From positions 1 to 42,711 of the forward strand of contig BTVI01000027.1 in assembly GCA_045862955.1 (NCBI GenBank): a stretch of DNA of 42,711 nucleotides, in the 5' to 3' direction. The position numbers and the translations under genes are program-made. The DNA is from Fimbriimonadales bacterium (GTDB lineage Bacteria; Armatimonadota; Fimbriimonadia; Fimbriimonadales; JABRVX01). This document shows, in pieces, positions 9,190 through 18,901 of this stretch. Every line of letters starts with the position of its first letter. Positions within the stretch are counted from its first letter, which is position 1. The notes under the pieces were generated by a model. It had not been told where the DNA came from. It was given only the letters and a program-made list of their open reading frames with translations, and did not search any database.

Positions 9190-12100
9190 ATGCACATCGT
9201 TGCCGCGTTGCTTGCTACCCTTCTGTCGCTGTCGAGCGCACCGCTCGGCTCTGCGCAGACTATCAAGCCGCACCCCGGCATGCTGCGCTATCCTGCCGTG
9301 AGCGCGAAACACGTCGCGTTCGTGTATGCGAACAACCTATGGCTCGTTCCTCGCGAGGGGGGAACCGCTATCCCGGTGGCGATGCCGCAAGGCTCGGTGA
9401 CGCAGCCGAAGTTCAGCCCCGATGGGACAAAGATTGCTTTCGGAGCGAACTACGACGGCAACCTGGACATCTACACGCTGCCCATAGGGGGCGGGATCCC
9501 CTTCCGCGTGACCTACCACCCCGCAGGCGAGCAGGTGATGCAGTGGACCCGGCAGGGCAAGCTGCTGTTCGCAGCCGGCGGGATGCACCCCCAGCCGCGG
9601 AGCACTCAGCTGTGGCAGGTGGCGGAGAAGGGCGGATTGCCCGAGGCACTTCCTATTCCGTATGGCACCAACGGCAGTATCAGCGAAGACGGCGAGTGGC
9701 TGGCCTACACGCCGCACTCGACCGACCGCATGAGCTGGAAGCGCTATCGAGGCGGCATGGCGACGGACATCGTGCTGTTCAACCTGAAGACGAAGCAGGC
9801 CAAGCGCATCACCGATTGGGAAGGCACCGACACGCTTCCCATGTGGCACGGAAGGACGGTCTACTACCTGAGCGACCAAGGCCCCGAGCACCGGCTGAAC
9901 ATCTGGTCCTATGACACGCGGACGGGGGTACGCAAGCAGGTGACCCGGTTCACCGACTTCGACGTGCGGTGGCCGAGTATGGGGCCCGGTCCGGATGGCG
10001 GCGGGGAGATCGCGTTCCAGAGCGGGACCGACATCTACCTATTGGACCTGAGAACCGGGCAGAGCCGGGTGGTTCAGGTTCAGGTGCCCGGGGCGCGGCC
10101 GACTCTTCGCCCGCGCACCGTGAATGCCGCAGGCTACATCTCTGGCTGGTCGCTCTCGCCTTCTGCGAAGCGAGCAGTAGTGGAGGCGCGGGGGGACATC
10201 TGGACGTTGCCCGCAAAGGAGGGCTCGCCGCGCAACCTAACGCGTACCAGTGGCGTGGCAGAGCGAGATCCGGCTTGGAGCCCAGACGGCCGCTGGATCT
10301 CTTACTTCTCCGATGCAACCGGCGAGTACGAGCTGTACATCACGGAGTCGGACGGCAAGGGTGAGACCAAACAACTCACTCACGATGGCAAGCTGTACCG
10401 TTACTTTCACCGTTGGTCGCCGGACTCCAAGCACCTCGCGTTCGCCGACAACTCGGGGACCATCTACATCCTCACCGTCGAGACCGGGTCGGTCAAGAAG
10501 GTGGACACCGATCCGTGGGCGGCCGTTGGGACGGTGAACTGGTCACACGACAGCCGTTGGCTGGTGTACGACAAGACCGAGGAGCGCTCCACGATGTCCG
10601 CGATCTGGCTCTATGATGTGGAGAAGGGGGAGCGCCACAAACTTACCTCCGGCATGTACTCGGACTCTGCGCCCGTTTTCGACCGGAAGGGCGACTTTCT
10701 TTTCTTCGCCTCGAACCGCTCGTTCCGGCCCACCTACGACGACATGGGTGCGACGTGGATCTACCGTGGCACGCAGCAGCTCTTCGCCGTGCCACTGAGA
10801 AAGGATGTGAAGCGTCCCTGGCCTTTGAAGAGCGACGAGGAGACTGCGAAAAAGGAGGAGCCGAAGAAGGAAGAACCCGCCAAGGACCAGCCCAAGCCAC
10901 CGAGTGAGGCGGCGACCGATGACGGAGTTAGTGGCACTTGGACCGGCACTGTCAAGGGGCCTAGCCCCGTGCCGCCAGAGGGACTGCCGATCACGATGGT
11001 TCTGAAGCTGGAGCCCGATGGCAAGGTGACGGGCAGCGTAGAGGCGATGGGACAGTCGGTGCCGATCAAGGAAGGCAGCTACGACAAGGCTACCAAGCAG
11101 CTTAGCCTGACGGTCGAGTGGACCGGTGGCAGCGCGACCATCACGGCAACGATTCAGAACGGCACGCTGACGGGTACTGCAGCCCTGGCAGGGCTCAGGT
11201 TCACGGTGGAGGCAAAGCGCTCGGTTTCGGCCAAAGGCGAGGATGCCAAACCGGACGACAAGAAGCCCGAAGAGGCTACGAAAAAGGTAGAGATCGAGAT
11301 CGAAGGCTTCGAGGGCAGGGCGATCGAGCTTCCGGTATCCCCCGGACGTTTCGGCAAGCTGGGCGTGAACGACAGGGGTGCGCTGTTGTTCGTTCGGTTC
11401 GGGGCGCCGGGATCGGGGGAGGGTTCCGGGATCAAACTGCTGGACCTGACCGATGACAAGAGGGAGGAGAAGACCGTCGCAACCGGCGCAAACGACTTCG
11501 ACCTCTCGGCCGATGGGAAGAAGATCCTCGTCATGCGGGGGGCGAGCGCGAGCATCCAAGATGCATCGGCAGGTGCTTCCGGTGATGCGGTGGTAACCGC
11601 GGGCATGACCGTGCAGATCGAGCCTCGCGAGGAGTGGAAGCAGATCTTCACCGATGCGTGGCGGATTATGCGCGAGTTTTTCTATGACCCCGGCATGCAC
11701 GGCGTGGATTGGCAGGCCCAGCGCGAGCGCTATGCGGCCATGCTCCCCGATTGCGTGTCTCGCGAGGACCTGAATTTCGTGATTGCGGAGATGATCGCGG
11801 AGTTGAATGTCGGGCACGCGGGAGTCGGCGGCGGCGATACGGAGGGAGGGCCATCGGTTCCTGTTGGGCTCCTCGGCGTGGACTTTGCGCTGGAGAACGG
11901 TGCCTATCGAATTGCCCGCATCTACCGCGGCGCGCCGTGGGACACCGACGCGCGCGGGCCTCTGGACGGCTTGGACGTCCAGGAAGGCGACTACCTGCTA
12001 GCCGTCAACCGGGTACCGGTGGACGTCTCGAAGGCCCCATGGGCGGCATTCACCGGCACTGCGGGTCGGACCATCAGTATCACGGTTAGCGAGAACCCCA

Positions 12101-12843
12101 CGATGGACGACAAGGCGCGTGAGGTGCTCGTTCGACCGACCTCGTCTGATGGAGGCCTTCGCTATCGTGACTGGGTGGAGCGCAATCGCAAGTACGTGGA
12201 GGAAAGGACGGGCGGGCGTGTCGGCTATGTATACGTGCCCGATACCGGACAGAACGGCCAGACGGAGCTCTATCGTCAGTTCTTGATGCAGTTCAGCAAG
12301 GACGCGCTGATCATTGACGAGCGCTGGAACGGCGGAGGTCAGATCCCCAACCGATTCATCGAGCTGCTGAACCGGCCGGTAATCAGCTACTGGGCGCGTC
12401 GCCACGGCAACGATTGGGTGACTCCATCGCCCGCGCATTTCGGGCCGAAGTGCATGCTGGTCAACGGCCTGTCCGGGTCCGGAGGAGACGCTTTCCCTGC
12501 GTTCTTCCGCCAGGCGGGTCTAGGCAAGCTGATCGGGATGCGAACGTGGGGCGGACTGGTCGGGCTGAGCGGCAATCCCTCGTTCATCGACGGCGGGAGC
12601 ATGTCGGTCCCGACCTTCGGGTACTTCGAGCCGAACGGCACATGGGGCATTGAAGGACATGGCGTAGACCCGGACATCGAGGTGTGGGACGATCCTTCTG
12701 TTCTGGTGACCGGTGCCGATCCGCAGCTCGACGCCGCTATCGCGCTGATGCTGGAGGAGTTGAAGACGAAGCCGTACGTCAAGCCTGCCAAGCCCGCATA
12801 CCCAATCCGCAGCGGCATGGGCATCAAAGAAGAGGACAAGTAG
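9190..12843 (+). CDS. Tricorn-type S41 protease, exported
   Basis: Signal peptide, PD40/beta-propeller repeats (FSPDG, WSPDG), WKRYRGG, ELNVGH, PDZ-like region, IIDERWNGGG, catalytic GSGGD, IGMRTWGG, EGHGVDPDI. Confidence 0.93.
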   Translation: MHIVAALLATLLSLSSAPLGSAQTIKPHPGMLRYPAVSAKHVAFVYANNLWLVPREGGTAIPVAMPQGSVTQPKFSPDGTKIAFGANYDGNLDIYTLPIGGGIPFRVTYHPAGEQVMQWTRQGKLLFAAGGMHPQPRSTQLWQVAEKGGLPEALPIPYGTNGSISEDGEWLAYTPHSTDRMSWKRYRGGMATDIVLFNLKTKQAKRITDWEGTDTLPMWHGRTVYYLSDQGPEHRLNIWSYDTRTGVRKQVTRFTDFDVRWPSMGPGPDGGGEIAFQSGTDIYLLDLRTGQSRVVQVQVPGARPTLRPRTVNAAGYISGWSLSPSAKRAVVEARGDIWTLPAKEGSPRNLTRTSGVAERDPAWSPDGRWISYFSDATGEYELYITESDGKGETKQLTHDGKLYRYFHRWSPDSKHLAFADNSGTIYILTVETGSVKKVDTDPWAAVGTVNWSHDSRWLVYDKTEERSTMSAIWLYDVEKGERHKLTSGMYSDSAPVFDRKGDFLFFASNRSFRPTYDDMGATWIYRGTQQLFAVPLRKDVKRPWPLKSDEETAKKEEPKKEEPAKDQPKPPSEAATDDGVSGTWTGTVKGPSPVPPEGLPITMVLKLEPDGKVTGSVEAMGQSVPIKEGSYDKATKQLSLTVEWTGGSATITATIQNGTLTGTAALAGLRFTVEAKRSVSAKGEDAKPDDKKPEEATKKVEIEIEGFEGRAIELPVSPGRFGKLGVNDRGALLFVRFGAPGSGEGSGIKLLDLTDDKREEKTVATGANDFDLSADGKKILVMRGASASIQDASAGASGDAVVTAGMTVQIEPREEWKQIFTDAWRIMREFFYDPGMHGVDWQAQRERYAAMLPDCVSREDLNFVIAEMIAELNVGHAGVGGGDTEGGPSVPVGLLGVDFALENGAYRIARIYRGAPWDTDARGPLDGLDVQEGDYLLAVNRVPVDVSKAPWAAFTGTAGRTISITVSENPTMDDKAREVLVRPTSSDGGLRYRDWVERNRKYVEERTGGRVGYVYVPDTGQNGQTELYRQFLMQFSKDALIIDERWNGGGQIPNRFIELLNRPVISYWARRHGNDWVTPSPAHFGPKCMLVNGLSGSGGDAFPAFFRQAGLGKLIGMRTWGGLVGLSGNPSFIDGGSMSVPTFGYFEPNGTWGIEGHGVDPDIEVWDDPSVLVTGADPQLDAAIALMLEELKTKPYVKPAKPAYPIRSGMGIKEEDK

Positions 12844-12879
12844 CACGACCTGGGCTAGCGCAGGCTCGGCGAGCACTTC

Positions 12880-13899
12880 TTAGCGGGGCTGCGGCGAGGC
12901 TGCCAAGATGCTCATCAGACGGCGGCGGAACCGACGATAACGGTCGCCTTCGGGGTCGCAGTGCACGCGGTTGGTAAGGAGCACCGCTGCGGGCCCTCGG
13001 TCCGGGTTGATTAGCATGGCGGTGCCCGTAAAGCCGCTGTGCCCGATGGCAGAAGCTCCGAACATCTGCACGTCGGGGAGTAGGGGGTTGCCGTGCGTGA
13101 AGAAGCCTACCGACTGATGTCCTAGCCCCTCGATCCCGTTGCGGACCAGGTTGTCCATGCCGCCGCGCGATGCCAGGACCGGGTGCGGCGCGCCGGGTAG
13201 CAGGGACTCCGCGAATGAGGCGACATCGGCAAGGGTAGCGAACAGCCCGGCATGACCGGCTACCCCTCCGAGCGCGGTGGCGTTTGCATCGTGTGGCACT
13301 CCGCACAACGTTTGGCCCTCTCGCCAGGCGCAGTTCGACGTTGGCGCAGCCGGCAAGTGGTTCGGCGGCAAGAAGCCTGTCCGCGTCATTCCCAGCGGCT
13401 CGAAGACCAACCGGCGGCAGAGGCTCGAGAGCGGTTCGCCGCCGGCACGCTCCAGGATCACTCCGAGCAGGATGTAGCCGAGGTCGCTGTAGTTGTAGCC
13501 CAAGCCGGGGAGTCGCTCGAGGGGGGTGTGGAACGCCGCGCGCAGCGGGTCGTCGGCCTCGTACAGCGGCTTCCATGCCGGCAGCCCGCAAGTGTGGGTT
13601 GCCAGGTGGAAGACGGAGGCGGTGCCGAGGTGCCTGCACTCTGGCAGCCAGTCGGAGACAGGGTCGGTGAGGGCGAGGCGGCCGATCTCTACCAGCCGCA
13701 AGAGCGTGGTGGCGGTGGCCATGGGCTTGGTGAGAGACGCGAGGTCGAACAGCGTGTCGGCAGTGGCATCTCCTACATACCACTCTGCACGCACTGCCTC
13801 GCCAAGCTCCCCGGGACTGCTCAAAGAGCAGGCAGCCGCAGAGAAGACGCGTTGATCGAGACCTTCACGCAGGATCGACTCGACTCGCTCGCTCGTCAC
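12880..13899 (-). CDS. Serine hydrolase, beta-lactamase-related family
   Basis: FDLASLTK (SxxK), YSDLGY, GHAGLF, GHSGFTG, LLTNRVH. Confidence 0.9.
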   Translation of the reverse strand: MTSERVESILREGLDQRVFSAAACSLSSPGELGEAVRAEWYVGDATADTLFDLASLTKPMATATTLLRLVEIGRLALTDPVSDWLPECRHLGTASVFHLATHTCGLPAWKPLYEADDPLRAAFHTPLERLPGLGYNYSDLGYILLGVILERAGGEPLSSLCRRLVFEPLGMTRTGFLPPNHLPAAPTSNCAWREGQTLCGVPHDANATALGGVAGHAGLFATLADVASFAESLLPGAPHPVLASRGGMDNLVRNGIEGLGHQSVGFFTHGNPLLPDVQMFGASAIGHSGFTGTAMLINPDRGPAAVLLTNRVHCDPEGDRYRRFRRRLMSILAASPQPR

Positions 13900-15062
13900 C
13901 GTTCCGCACCGAGCACTTCCCGCAGGGCGGTGAGGTTTTTCTCGGTGGTTCCTTCGTTCGTCAGGCCGCCGTAGGAGAAGAGGCTAATGCCGGCCGCACC
14001 GAGCTCCCGTGCAATCCTTATGCGCTTCCGGTTGTCCTCGGGCTTCAGCCTCCAGGCGCCGATGCCCATCCAGACGGGAGTAGCACCTGCCTGCCGCATT
14101 GCCTCCTCGGCGTGCGTGCGATAGGTTGCCTCGTCCACGGCGTAGTTCATGGGCAGCACGGCATCCAGCCAGCCTTCCTTACACCAACGGGGCCAGTCCT
14201 GGAACTTGGTGTCGCGGGCCCTCTCGACGTCTACCCACACGGCGGCTGTCAGCTTGACGTTGCTGTTCTTCAGGTCGTCTCGGATGTCGCGGACCAGCGT
14301 GGATATCTGCTCCCTTCGCCATTCGGTCCACTGTTTGGCGAAGCGCTTGGGGGCCTCGGCCGCGGCGATCCCGTTCGCGGCGTCGCCCAGGTGCTGCGCA
14401 AAGCGCTGCAGGCAACCCGGGCAATGGCAATAGTGCTCGTTCGGATAGCGGATGTAATCGAGGTGGACACCGTCCAATTCGTAGCGTGAGACCAGGTCTT
14501 TGATCACGGAGCGAACGTGCGCTCTCACTTCCGGATTGGACGGGCAAGCGTACGCACCCTCGACCCGGCCCGAGGTCTTGGGGCGCGCGCCGTCGGAGTC
14601 CATCGCGAGCCAGTCCGGCTTCGCGTTTACCAAATGCAAGGCATCGAGGGGTGGCTGGTCGCCGCTCCACACATACATCACGTTGACCCAGGCGTGCACG
14701 CTCAGCCCGGCCTTCTTGGCAGCATCCAGCACGGCAGCGAGCGGATCGAAGTCGCTCGACTGGTTAGCCAGCGCTTCGGCCCTCGGTTCCGCGCCGCCGA
14801 GGAAGTAGGAGTCCCCGCGACCCCGCACTTGTACGAGGAGCGTGTTGAACCCTGCATCTGCGGCGCGCCGAACGAGGTTGGCGACCTTGGCAGGGCTGGT
14901 GATGCTCGTTCGAACCACCCAAAGCGCGCGAACCTCTTGGTTCGTCGCGCCTACCAACTCGGCCCCTGCATCCTTGCCCAGACCGACGCAGAGCAAGGCC
15001 ATCGCGAGGCCGATCAGCCCCCGAGCCCAGAGCCGCCGTGAAGATTGATCCTTGTTTCGCAA
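13896..15062 (-). CDS. Glycoside hydrolase family 10-like (GHL10/YddW-type) exported protein
   Basis: EVRALWV, FNTLLVQVRGRGD, FDPL, VHAW, DGVHLDYIRYP, QDW..W, PMNY; signal peptide; exact start uncertain. Confidence 0.88.
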   Translation of the reverse strand: MRNKDQSSRRLWARGLIGLAMALLCVGLGKDAGAELVGATNQEVRALWVVRTSITSPAKVANLVRRAADAGFNTLLVQVRGRGDSYFLGGAEPRAEALANQSSDFDPLAAVLDAAKKAGLSVHAWVNVMYVWSGDQPPLDALHLVNAKPDWLAMDSDGARPKTSGRVEGAYACPSNPEVRAHVRSVIKDLVSRYELDGVHLDYIRYPNEHYCHCPGCLQRFAQHLGDAANGIAAAEAPKRFAKQWTEWRREQISTLVRDIRDDLKNSNVKLTAAVWVDVERARDTKFQDWPRWCKEGWLDAVLPMNYAVDEATYRTHAEEAMRQAGATPVWMGIGAWRLKPEDNRKRIRIARELGAAGISLFSYGGLTNEGTTEKNLTALREVLGAER

Positions 15063-15168
15063 TTAGAACTCGCTCCATGAGGACGCTTCGGCCCTTGGCC
15101 GAGAATCCGGGTATGCGGAGCCTCGGCGCGCCGCACTTGCTGCCATTATGGCGCCGTGGGAGGGGGAC

Positions 15169-15621
15169 GTGTCCGAAGCGCAGGTGCTGGAAAGCGGAAT
15201 CCAGATCGTTGTCTTCGAGCTTGCGGGCGAGTTGTTCGGTGTGGACATCTTCCGGGTGCAGGAGATCATACGCAATCGGGACATGACGCCCATTCCGAAG
15301 GCACCCGATCACGTGAAGGGCCTGATCAATTTGCGGGGCCAAACCGTCCCCATCGTGGACCTGGGCCGGCGTCTCGGCTTGGGACCGACTGCCCCGAGCG
15401 ACGCCACGCGAATCATCGTGGTGGACGCGTGCGACGGCCATGTCGGGCTGCTGGTGGACGCGGTGACCGAGGTGCTCACGGTGCCCAAGGGGATGATCGA
15501 GGAAGCGCCCAAGCTGGCATCCGCTGACGGCGCTGGTCACGTACTGGCGATTGCGCGGAAGGAAAACGCGCTCATCAGCCTCTTGGACCTGGACCGGACG
15601 CTCACCACGAGTGGCAGCTAA
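15169..15621 (+). CDS. cheW: Chemotaxis coupling protein CheW
   Basis: QIVVFEL, FGVDI..VQEII, GLINLRG..VPIVDL, GLLVDAVTEV; GTG start after GGAGGG. Confidence 0.93.
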   Translation: MSEAQVLESGIQIVVFELAGELFGVDIFRVQEIIRNRDMTPIPKAPDHVKGLINLRGQTVPIVDLGRRLGLGPTAPSDATRIIVVDACDGHVGLLVDAVTEVLTVPKGMIEEAPKLASADGAGHVLAIARKENALISLLDLDRTLTTSGS

Positions 15622-15629
15622 CCACGCGA

Positions 15630-17549
15630 ATGGCCCCTAATCTCGAGACCACTCAGTACGTCGAGGTCTTTCTCGAGGAGTGCGCCGAGCAGATTGCAGT
15701 CCTAGAGCGCGAGGCTCTGGCCCTCGAGCAGGATCCCAGCGCGGAGCGAATCCAGGCGATGTTCCGTGCGGCGCACACTCTCAAGGGGTCTTCGCGTGCA
15801 ATGGGGTTCCAGAACCTCGCCACGCTGACCCACGAGATGGAGAACGTCCTGGACTGCATTCGCGGCGGCCGTTGCACGTTCACCACGGACATCGCCGACG
15901 TGATGCTACAGTGTCTGGACACGCTCAAGCTCTTGCACGAGTCGATCTCCTCCGGATCGGGGGATGCTGTAGCGACGGACGAAGTGCTCGCGGCCCTGCG
16001 TGCCTGCGTGGATGGCGAGGCTTCCGTGCCCTCGTCTGAGCTTGTTTACGCGGTCACAGTCACGCTTCGCGAGGACTGCGCGACGCCCTACCTGCGAGCC
16101 TTTCTGTGCATTACGGTTCTCGGAGAACTGGGAACCGTTCTGGGTACCACACCTTCCGAGGAGGAACTGGAGCAGGAGCAGTTCGGCGGACGATTCTCCG
16201 TGAAACTTGCCACGAAGGGGACCGCAGACGAAGTGCGGGCCAAGCTGCTCGCCGTGCCCGAAGTGATGAATGTGAGCGTGAGCGATGCACAAGCGGCTCC
16301 GCCGAAGGCATCGCCCGCGCCCGCTGACCGCCCTCGGCAGGAGACCCCCAGCACGGTGCGCGTGGACGTTGCGAGGCTGGACGCGCTCGTCGACCTAGCG
16401 GGAGAGCTGGTGGTCGAACGGTCCCGCCTCGGGAGCCTTAGTCGCTCGGTCGCCTCCCGTTCGGGTCGCGATCCCGAGGTGGAGCAGATCGTCGAGGCGG
16501 TCGATCGGCTCGGTCGCATCACCGAGGCCCTTCGGGAGCAGGTCACCAAGGCTCGAATGCTCCCGATCGGCACGGTGTTCCAGAGACTGCCACGGGCCGT
16601 TCGCGACATAGCGCGCAATACCGGCAAGTCGGTCTCGCTCACCCTAGAGGGAGAGCAGACCGAGTTGGACCGATCCGTCATCGAGGCCATCGGAGACCCC
16701 CTCCTTCACCTGCTTCGAAACTGTGTGGACCACGGAATCGAACCCCCGGAGCAGCGCAGGGCCGCAGGCAAGCCCGAGACGGGCTCCATTCGCGTCTCGG
16801 CCCGCCACGAGGCGGGACACATTATTGTGGAAGTTGCGGATGATGGCGCAGGGATTGATGCGGAAAGACTCAAGAGCAAGTGCGTGGAGACAGGGACCCT
16901 GGCGCCGGAAGCCGCCGAACGATTGTCCTACAGCGAAGCTTGCCGGCTCGTTTTCCAGAGCGGGGTTAGCACCGCAGAGGCGGTCAGCGAGGTCTCGGGC
17001 CGCGGAGTCGGGATGGACATCGTTCTGAACAATCTGCAGCAGTTGGGCGGGCTCGTGACAGTGGACTCGAGTCCGGGCCACGGGACTACCTTCACCCTGC
17101 ACCTGCCACTGACACTGGCCATCGTGCGTGGCTTGTTGGTGATGGTGGAATCCACGGTACTGGTCTTGCCCGTGCGGAACGTGGTGGAGACGGTGCCCCT
17201 TGCTTCGGCCGAGGTGCATCGGGTGCAGGGCAACAGCCTGCTGTACCATCGGGGCGCAACGGTACCACTGGTTCCGGCGGCAGAAGTGCTGGGAATGGAC
17301 AAGGGTGTGGAGCGCTCTGAGGACCGAGAGGCGGTGTCGTGTGCGGAGATCGTGGTTCTTGGTTCAGCAGAGCAGAGATTCGGACTTGTCGTGGACCGGG
17401 TGCTGGGTGATGAGGACGTGGTCATCAAGCCGCTCGGTGCATTCATCGGCAGGGCTTCGTGCATTGCGGGCGCGACCATCTTGGGAGACGGGACCGTCGG
17501 GCTTATCTTAGATGTTGCGGGGTTAGCCAAAGAAATATCTGGGGGCTAA
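15630..17549 (+). CDS. cheA: Chemotaxis histidine kinase CheA
   Basis: HPt FRAAHTLKG, P2 region, VRVD..RLD.L, HLLRNCVDHGIE, DDGAGI, SGRGVGMD, C-terminal CheW domain. Confidence 0.95.
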   Translation: MAPNLETTQYVEVFLEECAEQIAVLEREALALEQDPSAERIQAMFRAAHTLKGSSRAMGFQNLATLTHEMENVLDCIRGGRCTFTTDIADVMLQCLDTLKLLHESISSGSGDAVATDEVLAALRACVDGEASVPSSELVYAVTVTLREDCATPYLRAFLCITVLGELGTVLGTTPSEEELEQEQFGGRFSVKLATKGTADEVRAKLLAVPEVMNVSVSDAQAAPPKASPAPADRPRQETPSTVRVDVARLDALVDLAGELVVERSRLGSLSRSVASRSGRDPEVEQIVEAVDRLGRITEALREQVTKARMLPIGTVFQRLPRAVRDIARNTGKSVSLTLEGEQTELDRSVIEAIGDPLLHLLRNCVDHGIEPPEQRRAAGKPETGSIRVSARHEAGHIIVEVADDGAGIDAERLKSKCVETGTLAPEAAERLSYSEACRLVFQSGVSTAEAVSEVSGRGVGMDIVLNNLQQLGGLVTVDSSPGHGTTFTLHLPLTLAIVRGLLVMVESTVLVLPVRNVVETVPLASAEVHRVQGNSLLYHRGATVPLVPAAEVLGMDKGVERSEDREAVSCAEIVVLGSAEQRFGLVVDRVLGDEDVVIKPLGAFIGRASCIAGATILGDGTVGLILDVAGLAKEISGG

Positions 17550-18428
17550 ATGAGAGTCAACGTAGACAAAGAGGCGCTTAGACTTCATGTGAATCGCTGC
17601 GTGGGGGATCTCCCGGCGCTGCCCGACGTCGTCGCACGGGTACTCGAGCTGACGGACAGCAAGACAAGCACCGCAGGCGATCTCGAGCGGGTGATCAGCA
17701 CCGACCAGGCGCTCGCCGGCAAGATATTGCGCGTGGTCAACTCGGCTTTCTACGGAGCCGCGGGCAAGGTGTCCACTATTAGTCACGCCGTGATGGTGCT
17801 TGGTGTGAAGCAGCTCCGGAACCTAACACTGAGCGTAGCTGCCATGAGCTTGGTGAAGGCGCGTATGCCACATATGGCGGAGCACCAGATGGAGTTTTGG
17901 CGACACTCGCTGGGGACCGGCGCGGGAGCCGCCGCAGTTGCCCGCAAGCTCGACCTGGGACGAGACGTGGCCGACGAGGCGTTTACCGGTGGGCTCTTGC
18001 ACGATCTCGGTAGGCTGTTCTTGTTAGGGTACTTCTTCACCTTTTTTTCTGAAACGGCCTTGCTGGCAGCGCAAGAGGACATCACAGTGGACGAGGCCGA
18101 GCGTGAGCTCCTGGGGCTCGACCACGCGGAGATCGGTGTGATGTTGGGGAACCACTGGCACTTCCCCGAGCCGCTGCTCGCGATCATCGAGCGCCACCAC
18201 GGCCCCCTGGGTGACGACGAATACTTCCCACTCTGTGCCTGCGTACACATCGGTGACAACCTGGCAAGCACTACCGTTAGCTACGAACTGTCCGAGAGAA
18301 GCAGGATCCTGCCGGAGGCGCTGGAGTGGGCCAAGCTGACACCGGAGGACCTCGCCGAAGTGTCGGACCAGATCTTGGAGAAGGTCCGCGACTCCGAGGA
18401 GTTCGTGAAGACCCTTCGGGCGGCTTAG
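17550..18428 (+). CDS. HDOD domain protein
   Basis: LPALP, DQALAGKILRVVNSAFYG, FWRHSL, GLLHDLG, DHAEIG..L..HW.FP, HH. Confidence 0.92.
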   Translation: MRVNVDKEALRLHVNRCVGDLPALPDVVARVLELTDSKTSTAGDLERVISTDQALAGKILRVVNSAFYGAAGKVSTISHAVMVLGVKQLRNLTLSVAAMSLVKARMPHMAEHQMEFWRHSLGTGAGAAAVARKLDLGRDVADEAFTGGLLHDLGRLFLLGYFFTFFSETALLAAQEDITVDEAERELLGLDHAEIGVMLGNHWHFPEPLLAIIERHHGPLGDDEYFPLCACVHIGDNLASTTVSYELSERSRILPEALEWAKLTPEDLAEVSDQILEKVRDSEEFVKTLRAA

Positions 18429-18507
18429 TGTTGGGTCGGGCGTGATCCGAGGCCTCCGCCGCTCGCGGTGGAGGCTTTCGAGTTTGCGGTACGAGCGGCT
18501 GTGCAGA

Positions 18508-18885
18508 GCCTCGGCCAGGAGCGGCGGAGGCATGTCATTCTGACCCCCACCCCGCCCCTCCCCCTTTCGCTTCGCTCCAAGGGGAGGGAGCACTTGGTGA
18601 GCCGACCCTGGGGTGTTGCCGAGGAGAGTCTCGGCTGGGAGCGGCGGAGGCATGTCATTCTGACCCCCACCCCACCCCTCCCCCTTTCGCTTCGCTCCAA
18701 GGGGAGGGAGCACTTGGTGAGCCCAGCTGGGGTGTTGCTGAGGAGAGTCTCGGCTGGGAGCGGCGGAGGCATGTCATTCTGACCCCCACCCCTCCCCCTT
18801 TCGCCTCGCTCCAAGGGGAGGGAGCACTTGGTGAGCCCAGCTGGGGTGTTGCTGAGGAGAGTCTCGGCTGGGAGCGGCGGAGGCA
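18508..18885. repeat. About 120-bp tandem repeat (3 full copies plus a partial) with CCCTCCCC..GGGGAGGG hairpin
   Basis: GAGCGGCGGAGGCA recurs at about 18519, 18639, 18758 and 18872, between convergent genes. Confidence 0.92.
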
Positions 18886-18901
18886 GGTCAGGTCTGCCTG
18901 G

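Noticed and set aside
12880..13899. Antibiotic-resistance beta-lactamase
   Set aside because: No signal peptide and a generic serine-hydrolase motif set; resistance cannot be inferred.
18024..18814. ORFs over the 120-bp tandem repeat
   Set aside because: Repeat-derived frames overlapping the HDOD gene antisense; no family motifs.
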